From NCBI RefSeq assembly GCF_006345805.1, contig NC_043002.1, forward strand, positions 23,374,001 through 23,438,000: a DNA stretch of 64,000 bases, written 5' to 3'. The position numbers were made by a program, and so were the translations under genes. A model generated the notes under the pieces. The model saw only the letters and a list, made by a program, of their open reading frames with translations, was not told the DNA's origin and did no database searches. Position 1 is the first letter of the stretch; every line of letters starts with the position of its first letter. Origin of the DNA: Octopus sinensis (taxonomy: Eukaryota). Of this stretch, positions 51,925 to 63,718 are shown in pieces.

Positions 51925-53280
51925 TCTTCCGGCACTTTACGTTTTTGTTTCGTATCTTCCGGATCTTTACGTTTTTGTTTCGTATCTTCCGGCTCTTTAC
52001 GTTTTTGTTTCGTATCTTCCGGCTCTTTACGTTTTTGTTTCGCATCTTCCGGCTCTTTACGTTTTTGTTTCGTATCTTCCGGCTCTTTACGTTTTTGTTT
52101 CGTATCTTCCGGCTCTTTACGTTTTTGTTTCGTATCTTCCGGATCTTTACGTTTTTGTTTCGTATCTTCCGGATCTTTACGTTTTTGTTTCGTATCTTCC
52201 GGCTCTTTACGTTTTTGTTTCGTATCTTCCGGCTCTTTACGTTTTGTTTCGTATCTTCCGGCTCTTTACGTTTTTTGTTCGTATCTTCCGGCTCTTTACG
52301 TTTTTGTTTCGTATCTTCCGGCTCTTTACGTTTTTGTTTCGTATCTTCCGGCTCTTTACGTTTTTGTTTCGTATCTTCCGGATTTTTACGTTTTTGTTTC
52401 GTATCTTCCGGCTCTTTACGTTTTTGTTTCGTATCTTCCGGCTCTTTACGTTTTTGTTTCGTATCTTCCGGCTCTTTACGTTTTTGTTTCATATCTTCCG
52501 GCTCTTTACGTTTTTGTTTCATATCTTCCGGCTCTTTACGTTTTTGTTTCATATCTTCCGGATTTTTACGTTTTTGTTTCGTATTTTCCGGCTCTTTACG
52601 TTTTTGTTTCGTATCTTTCGGCTCTTTACGTTTTTGTTTCATATCTTCCGGCTCTTTACGTTTTTGTTCGTATCTTCCGGCTCTTTACGTTTTTGTTTCA
52701 TATCTTTCCGCTTCCCGCTCTTTACGTTTTTGTTTCGTATCTTCCGGCTCTTTACGTTTTTGTTTCATATCTTCCGGCTCTTTACGTTTTTGTTTCGTAT
52801 CTTCCGGCTCTTTACGTTTTTGTTTCGTATCTTCCGGCTCTTTACGTTTTTGTTTCGTATCTTCCGGCTCTTTACGTTTTTGTTTCATATCTTCCGGCTC
52901 TTTACGTTTTTGTTTCGTATCTTCCGGCTCTTTACGTTTTTGTTTCATATCTTCCGGCTCTTTACGTTTTTGTTTCGTATCTTCCGGCTCTTTACGTTTT
53001 TGTTTCATATCTTCCGGCTCTTTACGTTTTTGTTTCATATCTTCCGGCTCTTTACGTTTTTGTTTCATATCTTCCGGATTTTTACGTTTTTGTTTCGTAT
53101 TTTCCGGCTCTTTACGTTTTTGTTTCATATCTTCCGGCTCTTTACGTTTTTGTTTCGTATCTTCCGGCTCTTTACGTTTTTGTTTCATATCTTCCGGCTC
53201 TTTACGTTTTTGTTTCATATCTTCCGGCTCTTTACGTTTTTGTTTCATATCTTCCGGCTCTTTACGTTCTTGTTTCATAA
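51925..53280. repeat. 30-bp minisatellite (CGTATCTTCCGGCTCTTTACGTTTTTGTTT)n, ~45 copies
   Basis: Directly visible, with variant units (CATATC, GGATC, GGATT). The 30-bp period explains the long periodic ORFs in several frames. Confidence 0.97.
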
Positions 53281-53702
53281 CTTGCCGAGGTCATCTTCAC
53301 ATTTCGCATTTTCGGGCTCGATAAAACAAAGTACAAGTCAGGTTCTGAGATTGATGTAACTGACTAACTCCACTCTCCTCAAAATTGCTGGCCTTGTGAC
53401 GAAATGAGAAACACATCTTTATTGTTATTATTAACGATGTTATTGTTGTTGCTGTTGATGTTGCTGCTGCTGTTGTTGTTGGTGGTGGTGGTGGTGTTAT
53501 ATCTGTTGTTTCTGTCACTTTCGTAGGTGTTTTTCCTTGTTCCATTGCAGATTGCAGTAATTATCAGTATTGCAGATGATGTTGATGTTGTTATTATTGT
53601 TATTGCTGATGTTGTTGTCTGTCTTGTTTGTGGGGGGCGATGGTGGTGGCGGTGGCGGTGGAGGTGGTGGTGGCAGTGGTTGTGGTGATGTCGTTACTGT
53701 TT

Positions 53703-53842
53703 GCATTATTTACATTCGACGGATATTTGTCCTCATCTTGTTTGTTGTTAACACAACGTTTCGGCTGATATACCTTCCAGCCTTCATCAGGTGTCTTGGG
53801 GAAATTTCGATCCTGTGTTCTGATTCCTAAGGTATTTTTCGA

Positions 53843-53886
<44 letters not shown>

Positions 53887-53943
53887 TCACTGCCTGGAAT
53901 CGAAGTCAGAATCTTGGGGTTAGTAGCCCGCGCTCTTAACCAT
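53703..53943 (-). mobile_element. tRNA-headed SINE-like element with Penelope-type hammerhead tail
   Basis: Minus strand: TGGTTAAGAGCGCGGGCTACTAACCCCAAGATTCTGACTTCGATTCCAGGC (tRNA-like D-arm/anticodon/T-arm, B box), then (AAT)n, then ...GACAC-CTGATGA-A-GGCTG-GAAGGTATAT-CAGCC-GAAACGTT-GTGTT. Confidence 0.65.
53750..53795 (-). ncRNA. Minimal type I hammerhead ribozyme
   Basis: Stem I GACAC/GTGTT (5 bp incl. G-U), core CUGAUGA, one extra A, stem II GGCUG/CAGCC, GAAA, palindromic ACGU stem III, predicted cleavage triplet GUU. Confidence 0.7.
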
Positions 53944-54110
53944 AATAATAATAACATCGAAAAATGACTTAGGAATGAGAACACAGGTTCGAAACTTCCC
54001 CAAGACCCCTGATGAAGGCTGGAGGGTATATGAGCCGAAACGTTGTGTTAACAACAAACAAGATGAGGACAAATATCCGTCAAATGTAAATAACGTACAT
54101 AATTCCTCAT
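53944..54110 (+). mobile_element. Second, headless copy of the hammerhead-bearing tail in opposite orientation
   Basis: AATAATAACATCGAAAAATGACTTAGGAAT...GACCCCTGATGAAGGCTGGAGGGTATATGAGCCGAAACGTTGTGTT...AAATGTAAATAA is the reverse complement of 53703-53870, with point changes in stems I and II. Confidence 0.85.
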
Positions 54111-54263
54111 CTCTTAAATATAGAACTGTATTGTCGTTACTGTTGTTGTTAATGTTGAAGTTGTTCGTGTCGTTCTGTAACACACATGCCAAACTTCAAG
54201 TAGGTTTACATTGCTGCTTAGTCCCTGACCAGCCCTGGACTTGCAAGCCTATTATCAAAAGCA

Positions 54264-54343
<80 letters not shown>

Positions 54344-54371
54344 GTGTAAATTTATGAGGATTGCCTCGCTG

Positions 54372-54590
54372 TATAGTGGTTTCAAACTTTTGGCACAAGG
54401 CCATCGATTTCTGGGGAGTGGTTAAGACGATTACATCAACCCCAGTGCTCAACTGGTACTTATTTTATCCACCCCTGAAAGGATGAAAGGCAAAGTAGAC
54501 CTCGGTGGAATTTGAACTCAGAACGTAAAGATGGGCAAAAGGTTGCTAAGCATTTTACCTAGCATGCAAAAGATTTTGCCAGCCCGCCCG
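54372..54590 (-). mobile_element. SINE family B
   Basis: Minus strand GCTGGCAAAATC...GCTTAGCAACC...TTTACGTTCTGAGTTCAAATTCCACCGAGGTCTACTTTGCC. Confidence 0.8.
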
Positions 54591-55182
54591 ATACCCTAAG
54601 CCTCAGCTATATATATATCAATATATTGTCTGCTCATGTCTTCGTTTTGTTCCTTTCTTGTTATATTTATTTGAGACTACTATGCCATGATTGAAATACA
54701 TTCTCCATCTAATTCGGTGATGGCTGCAGTGATAAGATCATCATACGATGCGTTCACAACAAACTTCTCGGTTAAATGTATGCAACACACGAATATATTT
54801 TCTTAGCTATCAGAGACCATTCGCTGATAGGCTGCTTCTTATGAATATTTTCTGAATAAACCCTTATTAATGGAGCAATAGACACGCGAGACAGGATGGC
54901 ATTCCGTTACGATCTACAGCTCAAGAATTTTTTATGAATAAATTATATCGTAAGAGCGAGATACTTTTAAATATTGCATCAAGTACGGTCTTGCTTATTA
55001 TGTGTAAAGGTGTACGTATATGCATGAAAGTATATTAAAGTTGTCACCTTACACGAAGAATAGTTTCATAGTTTAGAAGGTCCATCGTTAGATTTAAAGA
55101 CACAAATATATGTGCATACATATATATGCCCACATACACACACGCGCACAAATATATGTACGTATACATACATACATACATC

Positions 55183-55239
<57 letters not shown>

Positions 55240-55317
55240 GCATTTTTCCGACACTCAAACGATTCTGCTAATCTACCTCAACACATACAACTTTATACAT
55301 GCGCGTGCACACACGCA

Positions 55318-55400
<83 letters not shown>

Positions 55401-55648
55401 ATGTATGTATGTATGTATGTATGTATGTATGTATGTATGTATGTATGTATGTATGTATTTGAAAAAGTGGATAGAAATTACTTTTCTGATAATTTTTCCA
55501 CTTCAATAAGTAGATGTCGAAAAATTATCAGAAAAGCCTTCTCCATTCATTTTTTTTCTAATATATAATAGAGTACCAAAGACTTTCTATTTCTTATTCT
55601 ACTCTGTGTGTGTGTGGTGTGTGCGTGTGTGTGTGTGTGTGCTTGTGC

Positions 55649-55679
<31 letters not shown>

Positions 55680-55696
55680 TGTGTGTGTGTGCGTGC

Positions 55697-55748
<52 letters not shown>

Positions 55749-55754
55749 GAAAGG

Positions 55755-56060
55755 CGGAAGATGGAAGATACGAGATCTTTTATTAATCACGACAGTTGTT
55801 TCGACAGATCTAGCATCGATCCTTCACGTGTGGAATACTTAACAACTGGTTCAGGAGCCTCCGATGATACAGATGTGTCTCTTCAGGTGATAAATAGATA
55901 TAACTCGTTAAAATAAACAGTTCCGCAATGTATCTCCTCATTTCGTGTAAAGAAAAGAAGCAAATTGAAGGATATATCTTCATTTATATAGGAGATTAAA
56001 AATAAAATATCAGATGCAAAAAAGAATCGAAGACGCAATACAGCGAGAAAAGTATTCATA
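55755..56060 (-). mobile_element. Solo copy of the PLE 3'/pLTR segment
   Basis: Colinear with 33080-33400 (GAAGATGGAA...TTATTAATCACGACA..GTTTCGACA.ATCTA.CATCGATCC...AACTCGTTAAAATAA.CAGTTCCGCAAT...). Confidence 0.85.
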
Positions 56061-56224
56061 TATAGATAGTTTTGTTCATTTCTACATGCCTCACATGTCC
56101 CAAAACACTTTCAGCCAAGTGGAGCTGAGTCACGCTGTTATTAAAAATATATGTAACTCTAACCAAATCTGTTGAGTGCTACTTTCGTTCACTCGTGTGT
56201 GTGTGTGTGTGTGTGTGTGAGCTT

Positions 56225-56229
56225 GAGTG

Positions 56230-56283
<54 letters not shown>

Positions 56284-56425
56284 TATAGATAGATAGATAG
56301 ATAGATAGATAGGCAGACAGGCAGACAGAGAGGTAGGTTGGCAAGGCAGGTAGGTATGTAGGTAGGTAGGTAGGTAGGTAGGTAGGTAGGTAGGCAGAGA
56401 GACAGGCGGGTAGACAAAGAGAGTC

Positions 56426-56520
<95 letters not shown>

Positions 56521-56890
56521 TAGATAAGTTTCTTTATTGGCCACACAGGGCTGCACACAGATGAGACAAGTTACAAGGTAGAGCTTTTCTTTTGGAGAAT
56601 GAAAAAAACAAAAAACAAAAGAAAAAAAAAGGGGGTGGCGTAGGTTTTCGATCAAGAGGGATCGTAAAAGGGAAGAAAAGAACAAAAAAATTAATAAATA
56701 AATAAATAAATAAAATAAAAAATAAAAAGAATAAAAAGAAAAAAAAGAAAAGGAAAAGGAACAAAAGAAAAGAGAAATGAAAAAAGAAGAAAAAAGGGGA
56801 AAAAAAGTACGATCAATAGGGATCTGTATCACAGTGTTATGATATATGGTGTAAAGGGGAATAGATAGATATATAGATAGATAGATAGAC

Positions 56891-56951
<61 letters not shown>

Positions 56952-56952
56952 T

Positions 56953-57050
<98 letters not shown>
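56225..57050. repeat. (GATA)n/(GGTA)n/(GACA)n microsatellite blocks
   Basis: Directly visible. They explain the YLSI ORFs. Confidence 0.95.
56521..56830 (-). mobile_element. Probable L1/Tx1-like LINE 3' end embedded in (GATA)n
   Basis: The minus strand ends ...CTTGTAACTTGTCTCATCTGTGTGCAGCCCTGTGTGGCCAATAAAGAAAC with a pyrimidine-rich 3' region and AATAAA. The family assignment rests on recall, not on alignment. Confidence 0.35.
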
Positions 57051-58077
57051 TGTATATAAAGGTAATAATCCAAGATGTGTCCTCGCGAAGCACACCTGCA
57101 TATTCACAGCAATAAAATGTATGCATAAAGGTGTTTTATTTTGATTGAGATATACATAGCATTTAAAATTTATGGTGAATTCTATTTGCGGAGTAATTAC
57201 ATATCAGAACAAAAGCCTGGGAAAATTGGTATATTTTTAAAACTTTGTCTGAAGAACTACGGATAAGAGATTCTATACATGTTTCTTCGACGTGTATACT
57301 TTTGTAACTCCTATCCTGTAACGAAACAAATGTAACACGACGTTAAAAATATACCAAATTCTTCCATTCTTCTGTTTTGACGTATATATATATATATATT
57401 ATATATATATAACCAGCTTAGAGAAGAAGAGGAAACGAAACGAAACCAAACGAATCGAATCGACGCGAAGGCGCTCAGTCATACAATAGTGTAATAAATA
57501 AAATATATGCATACATACAAACATATATGTACGTACCTACATCTACATGTATATATACATGCATATATAAATATATATACGTGTGTACAGGACACCACAA
57601 ATAGACGTAGAACTCAACGAGAAACGAAAACGTAAAAACAGCATGGAACGGACCATTCCTTTAACAACGAAGCAACAGGGTACAAGACAACTACACAAGG
57701 AAAAATCCCCTTCATCAGCCGTCCCTAGTTCAACTTCAGCGTGTTTCGAAGGTGAGGACAGAACACGTCTCGTCGAACTAATCCTTCCTGCGAAAGAATT
57801 AAATAAAATTCCTTTGCAGAGGGGTAAAACAAGGGAAAAAATGTGACAAAACAGGACGTAAAAACAATACAATTAAAAACAAATACAAAATAAAAATACA
57901 ATTACAAGAAATACAGTACAAGAAGGAATAGAAACAGGACAGGAAAACAAATAAAGAGGGCCTATAAGCCTAGACGAGGAAAAAAGAATTTTTTTCGCGA
58001 GCGCAGGGAGAAACATGTATGTATGTATGTATGTATGTATGTATGTATGTATGTATGTATGTATGTATTTATGTATG

Positions 58078-58108
<31 letters not shown>

Positions 58109-59148
58109 GTAGGTACGTACGTATACGTCAAATAGAGACTGAGAGAGAGAGAATTTTTGTACGTATGTATACACGTATATACGAATGTATTTATGTATGT
58201 ATATTCGTATGTATGTATGTATGAATGTAGTATGTATGTGCACACGTATGTATGTGCACACGTATGTGGAGGACTTAAAGAGAGAGAATTTTTGTTCGTA
58301 TGTATGCATGTATATTCGTATGTACATATGTATGTAAGTATGTATGTACGTATGTATGTATGTATGTATGTATGTATGTATGTATGTATGTATGTATGTA
58401 TGTATGTATGTATGTATGAATGTATGTATGTATGCATGTATGTGTGTGCATGTATGTGGAGGAGTATTGCAGTTATGTATGTAAGCTATCTTACAGTGTA
58501 AAAGAAATAGAAAAGATGTTGAGTTGTTATTTTCTGTTGGTATTTTGAGAGAGAAAAATTACTGCTATTTAAGCTTTAGTTTGGTAAAAATACTCTGGCC
58601 CAGAAATACAGAAAAAAATTATAGCGGAAAACGTTTAAATACTGTCCTAATTATTCTTGTGGAAAATATCGATTAATTAGCGTAGAAATGAAATAGATGC
58701 AAAATGATTAGATATAGTGTGTAGGAAACTAATTAAGAAAGGGAAATTAAGAAGAAAACTGTATTCATACACACACATACATGTGTGTGTGTATGTGTGT
58801 GTGTGTGTATACACCCTGTAATAAGACACATACATACTATAATAAGTAGTCTTAGTAACGTATTATTTCATCAAAAGTGCTCAATCAATGACTATATATA
58901 TTAAATATTTGGGGCTACAATAAATGAGTAAAGAATAAGAACCAGCCACAGATGCCTGATATGAACGAAATATGCCTGATCTTATCTCGTAGCGACTTTA
59001 TATATATACTTATATATTTCCCATATGTACTATCATGACCCACATTTTTTTAGCCCCTTGTGTATCCCCATATCCCCATCTCCGCTGCTCCCACACTTTG
59101 CGTATCATTCTACTAGTTTCTGTTCCATCTCCTTCCTGAACCATTCCT

Positions 59149-59375
59149 GGCGGTGAGCTGGCAGAAACGTCAGCGCGCCGGGCGAAATGCTTAGCGGTAT
59201 TTCGTCTGTTGTTACGTTCTGAGTTCAAATTCCGCCGAGGTCGACTTTGCCTTTCATCCTTTCGGGGTCGATAAATTAAGTACCAGTTAAGCACTGGGGT
59301 CGATATAATCGACTTAATACCTATGTCTGTCCATGTTTGTCCCTTCTATGTTTGGCCCCTTGTGGGCAATAAAGA
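59149..59375 (+). mobile_element. SINE family B (young-looking copy)
   Basis: GGCGGTGAGCTGGCAGAAACGTCAGCGCGCCGGGCGAAATGCTTAGCGGTATTTCG...GGGCAATAAAGAAAC. Confidence 0.9.
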
Positions 59376-59734
59376 AACATATATATATCCCACCATACCC
59401 CACTGCATACTGGTATTTCTCATCATCTGTACCCCCACGCTTGTCCATCACCCACTACATGAACCACTACCTCCATCCGTTTACTCCTTCCTCATACTCA
59501 TACGAAACCATTCCTTCCGACATCCATTGTCCGTGTCCTCTTTTATGCTCACTCCTTGTTCCTTGTGAGTTTACTCTAGCACGCCATCACTACCTTCCTC
59601 TTATCTCCTTCAGCCATACATCTTCTCCATAGCAAGACACCTGTGCTTATCCCTCTAACATACTTTAACTTTCCAACACCTGGCATGCAGCCACCCACCT
59701 CTACCTTCCCCTCCGAAATACTTCCACTTAGTAC

Positions 59735-60139
59735 TCTTTTGCTCTTTTACTTGTTTCAGTCATTTGACTTCGGTCATGCTGGAGCATCGCCTTTAATCGA
59801 GCAAATCGACCCCAGGACTTATTCTTTGTAAGCCTAGTACTTATTCTATCGGTGTCTTTTGCCGAACCGCTAAGATACGGGGACGTAAACACACCAGCAT
59901 CAGTTGTCAAGCGATGTTGGGGGACAAACACAGACACACAAGCATATACTCACACACATATATATACATATATACGATCAGCTTCTTTCAGTTTCCGCCT
60001 ACCAAATCCACTCACAAGGCTTTGGTCGGTCCGAGGCTATAGTCGAAGACACTTGCCCAAGGTGCCACGAAGTGGGAATGAACCTGGAACCAAGGGATTG
60101 GTAAGCAAGCTACTTACCACACAGCCACTCCTGCGCCTA
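59735..60139 (-). mobile_element. SINE family A, complete
   Basis: Ends CACACAGCCACTCCTGCGCCT (head on minus strand), with internal (CA/TA)n and the full tail. Confidence 0.9.
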
Positions 60140-60244
60140 TAGTAGTAAGAACTTTTTCCATTTCCTTTTACTCTGTTTTTTTCTGTCTTGCAAGTTACAC
60201 ATGGTAACTTCACTAGTGTTGATGGCACTCAGTATACTCAGTAC

Positions 60245-60395
60245 ACTCTGAGAAGTGGTTGGCGTTAGGAAGGGCATCCGGCCGTAGAAACCATGCCAAA
60301 GACAACATTGGAGCACGAAGCAGCTCTGTAGCTCGCCAGTTCCCGGACAAACCGTCCCACCCATACCAGCATGGAAAGTGGACATCAAATGATAT
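60245..60395 (+). mobile_element. RTE-type LINE/SINE 3' tail
   Basis: GGTTGGCGTTAGGAAGGGCATCCGGCCGTAGAAAC...CCATACCAGCATGGAAAGTGGACATCAAATGAT resembles the conserved RTE 3' UTR ending in a TGA-type tail. Confidence 0.5.
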
Positions 60396-60530
60396 CTCTG
60401 TGTGTGACTGTGTATTTGTGTGACTGTGTATTTGTGTGTCTTTGTGTGTGTGTTTGTAAATATATGTGTGTGTGTGTGTACATATGCATATATGCAAATA
60501 TGTGTTTATGTTTGTATATATGTATCTATA

Positions 60531-61764
60531 AAAGGGGAGTCAAAAGTTATACGCACTCTCGTATTTTCAATGTATTTTCTCAAAAGCAGGCGATAAACAA
60601 GTACATCATTTTTCTATATAGCCTCCTTCTTTTTCGATGCACCGCTTCCTTCACATCTTTATCCGTAGGAAGTCGACGACCTCGTAAACTATCTTTGAGC
60701 GGTCCAAAGATGTGATAGTCGGAAGGGGCGAGATGTAGGCTGTAGGCAGGGCGTTCCAGCACCTCAAAACCCAATTGGTTAATAGTTTAAACGGTCTGGA
60801 CGGCCGTGAGTGGGTGAGTATTGTCATGCAACTACAAAACTTTCTTCGACAATAGGCTTCGACGTTTGGTGCGAATTACTGGCTTCAGTTTGTTGGCCAG
60901 CAAAGCACTATATCATGCACTGTTGGTCGTACACCCCTTTACCAGGTAATCTTCCAGTAAAGGCCCTTTTGAGTTCCCAAAAAGGGTTAGCATCACCTTT
61001 CCAGCGGGAGACTGAGTCTTGAATTTCTTCGCCGCTGGCGAGCCAGGAGACTTCCACTCTGTACTCTGTGTTTTGTATTCTGCCTCATAATAATGAGCCC
61101 ATGTTGCATCTCCTGTGTCTATTCTTCTCAAAAATTCCTCGCCTTCATTGTTGTAGCGATCGAGTAAACTTTGGCAGACCTCGGGGCGTTTGCGCTTGTG
61201 CTCTGCAGTAAGCTCTCTTGACACCCATCTTGCACACACTTTATGGAGTCCGAGCTCATCATGGATGGTTTGATAAGCAGAACCATGGCTAATCTGCAGA
61301 GAACGAGTTACGCCATCGCTCATAACTCGCCGGTTCAGCATTACCATCTCTCGAGCTTGCTGAATCTTCTCGTCAGTGGTGGAGATTGACGGACCTCCTA
61401 GTCCCTCTTTGTGCATCACGCTTGTCTGGCCACTTTTAAGCTTTTCGACCCACTCATACACACTTCTACGCGATAGTGCACTGTCTCTGTATTGTGCTAA
61501 AAGCCCCCGATGAATTTCAGTACCTGACACACCATCCGACCAGAGAAATCGGATCATTGCTCTTTCTTCTTCTTTGGTGCACATTGCTAGTGGAGCGGCC
61601 ATGCTTACACTGTAAAGCCAGAAAGAAAACTGGCGCGATCAGGCTCAAACTTCGATCACGTTACCACAATAGTACCAACTATAAGCAAGCATGCGCAGAA
61701 GGGAATATGACAATGATAAAGATATGTTATGGCGTAAGTGCGGATAATTTTTCACTTCCTCTCG
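60531..61764 (-). mobile_element. Near-full-length mariner (DD34D) transposon
   Basis: TA TSDs and TIRs CGAGAGGAAGTGAAAAATTATCCGCAC / AAAGGGGAGTCAAAAGTTATACGCAC. Contains the transposase ORF plus a frameshifted C-terminus (LHDNTHP...PAYSLHLAPSDYHIFGPLK). Confidence 0.93.
60913..61602 (-). pseudogene. Mariner transposase, N-terminal 229 aa
   Basis: HTH region (EERAMIRFLW...SRRSVYEW), WVSREL (WVPHEL motif) and IDTGDATWAHYY (first catalytic D). The frame breaks before the second D. Confidence 0.9.
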
Positions 61765-61836
61765 TACATACATACATATATACATATATATGTATATATC
61801 CATACACACACACACACATATGTATGTATGTATGTA

Positions 61837-61895
<59 letters not shown>

Positions 61896-62968
61896 ATATG
61901 CATACGCACACATATGTATGAATGTATGTATGTATGCATGTAAATGGGTAACGGAAAACATACTAATAGTATGGGTTGAGATGGAAATACAGTGTAATAT
62001 GCGTATGAACATTTTCTATATCCAGTTTAGCTATGTTTGCATCACATGTTTAAATTTGTAGGACGCTGACTCTGTGTCTATACTAACAAAGCCATTAAAG
62101 GCCCTGCTAATTTATTCAGAGCTATATGCAATTATATGGTCATTTAAATATTTAATATCTAATATAATAGAAAATTATTTTGCAAGAAATTGTATAACTG
62201 CAGTTATGTAAGGTGTATAGAGTGTGTATAGTATGTAAAATATTAAGTTCACAGAACCATGCAGCGGATACGGTGTTGTTTTATGATAATGTAGTTTTAG
62301 GGGGTTTTTAAAGATAAATATGAATGTAGAATGTATAATTTAAATGACACAAAAATAAAATAGTATCCAGAGAAATGTATTATTTTAAAAACATGGTTTA
62401 AACTAGGAAGTAAATGTGGTAATGGATTTTAGTGTAATTATATCTATATTTGTATTAATGTTTCCTTGGGGAAAAAACAAACATTAATATTATAGGTGGT
62501 AATTAGGAGAATCGATATAGAGAAGCTGAAAGGATGTTAATAGAAACCTAAAATTGTATTTGTAAGCATAATGTAAAAATGTAAGTCAGGAGCTAATATA
62601 ATTATAAAGTTATAATTTAAAGATAACTTATCTGAAAGGCGATGTCGATGTCATTTAGTATTAAGTGTAATCTAATTTTATTAAGATGGCCATATCTTAT
62701 ATATGTACATAATTGGCAACAGAGAGCTTTGAAATTCGTGAAAATAGCGCTACTTAAATGTTTTTCTGAATGTGTTTCCTTCTACCCACATGGAACATTT
62801 AAAACTTCCCAACACTCAAAACCTCTAATCTTCTCTATCATAAATATTTAACACATCACTGCAACATCAACTACACACTTATACCATGTAGGGATTTTTT
62901 TTATAGTATGAGCATTTTACTCCACTTTACTCAATAGAACAAACTTCCTCACTTGATATTTTATGTAA

Positions 62969-63360
62969 TCACTAGCAGTATCGCCCGGTGTTGCTCGGGT
63001 TTGTTTCGACCCTTTAGAATTGGAATTTTTGAAAAGTAAAAATTTTGCATTATGTAGCTTGTTATTCTCTTTAGGTGAACATTTTTCTGGTTGAAATACA
63101 CCGAAAAATGGCGACACAGCAGTAAAAAAATCGTAAAAAATAGGGATTTTCATAGAAAAAAAAAGCACCTTTTTGATGTAAATAATTTTTGGTGTTAACA
63201 TGGTCAGATTTGAATTTTCTTCTTCTACGAAAGGAAGAGCAAGCCTTCTTCTATCATACTCTCAATTTTGGTCAATTTGCGCCGCAGGGTCTCGAAGGAG
63301 ATAGTGTTAGTTGAAGGCTACCAAACCTGCCAAACACAGACAACTTCAGCTTTATAGAGA
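62969..63360 (+). mobile_element. Non-autonomous Helitron/Helentron-like (HINE-type) element
   Basis: 5' TCACTAGCAGTATCGCCCGGTGTTGCTCGGG (subterminal CCCG..CGGG hairpin) and 3' ...CACAGACAACTTCAGCTTTATAGAG resemble HINE termini. Recognised by pattern only. Confidence 0.5.
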
Positions 63361-63370
63361 GATTTGTCAC

Positions 63371-63718
63371 TGTAAATTGGACAAGGACTGGTTGGTGGAA
63401 TATTAAGGTTAATCAAAATTTAAATATTTAAATGTGATTTTGATGTAATAACTAATGAGTGTAGGTTGGTTTTCAGCTCTTTTCTTACCGAGCTATTATT
63501 CTGCTGAATCCTTCAACCAGTGTCTGTAAAATTTATTACCTACTTCATAACATTGTCACGCAGGGTTAATATTACTCTCTTATATCTCATGCTTTCGATT
63601 ATTCTTAAGAAACGACAAACCAACCTACACTCATTAGTTATTACATCAAAATCACATTTAAATATTTAAATTTTGATTAACCTTAATATTCCACCAACCA
63701 GTCCTTGTCCAATTTGCA
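63371..63718. mobile_element. MITE with ~100-bp TIRs
   Basis: 63371-63473 (TGTAAATTGGACAAGGACTGGTTGGTGG...GTAGGTTGGTTT) and 63617-63718 are near-perfect reverse complements around a ~145-bp spacer. Confidence 0.88.

Noticed and set aside
51925-53280. Possible CRISPR array
   Set aside because: The units are directly adjacent with no unique spacers, there are no cas genes, and the context is eukaryotic.
51893-53359. Long ORFs of 197-480 aa (KQKRKEPED, YLPALYVFVS, FRIFRLFTFL repeats)
   Set aside because: They are translations of a stop-poor 30-bp tandem repeat in all frames, embedded in a SINE, and are not genes.
53880-53943. Possible tRNA gene
   Set aside because: The acceptor stem and 5' part are missing, and it is fused to a repeat tail. 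It is a SINE head, not a functional tRNA.
57700-58020. CTGATGA (minus) and GAAACATGTA (plus) as hammerhead parts
   Set aside because: The two halves are on opposite strands and not connected by a stem II. The GAAACATGTA runs into a (TATG)n microsatellite.
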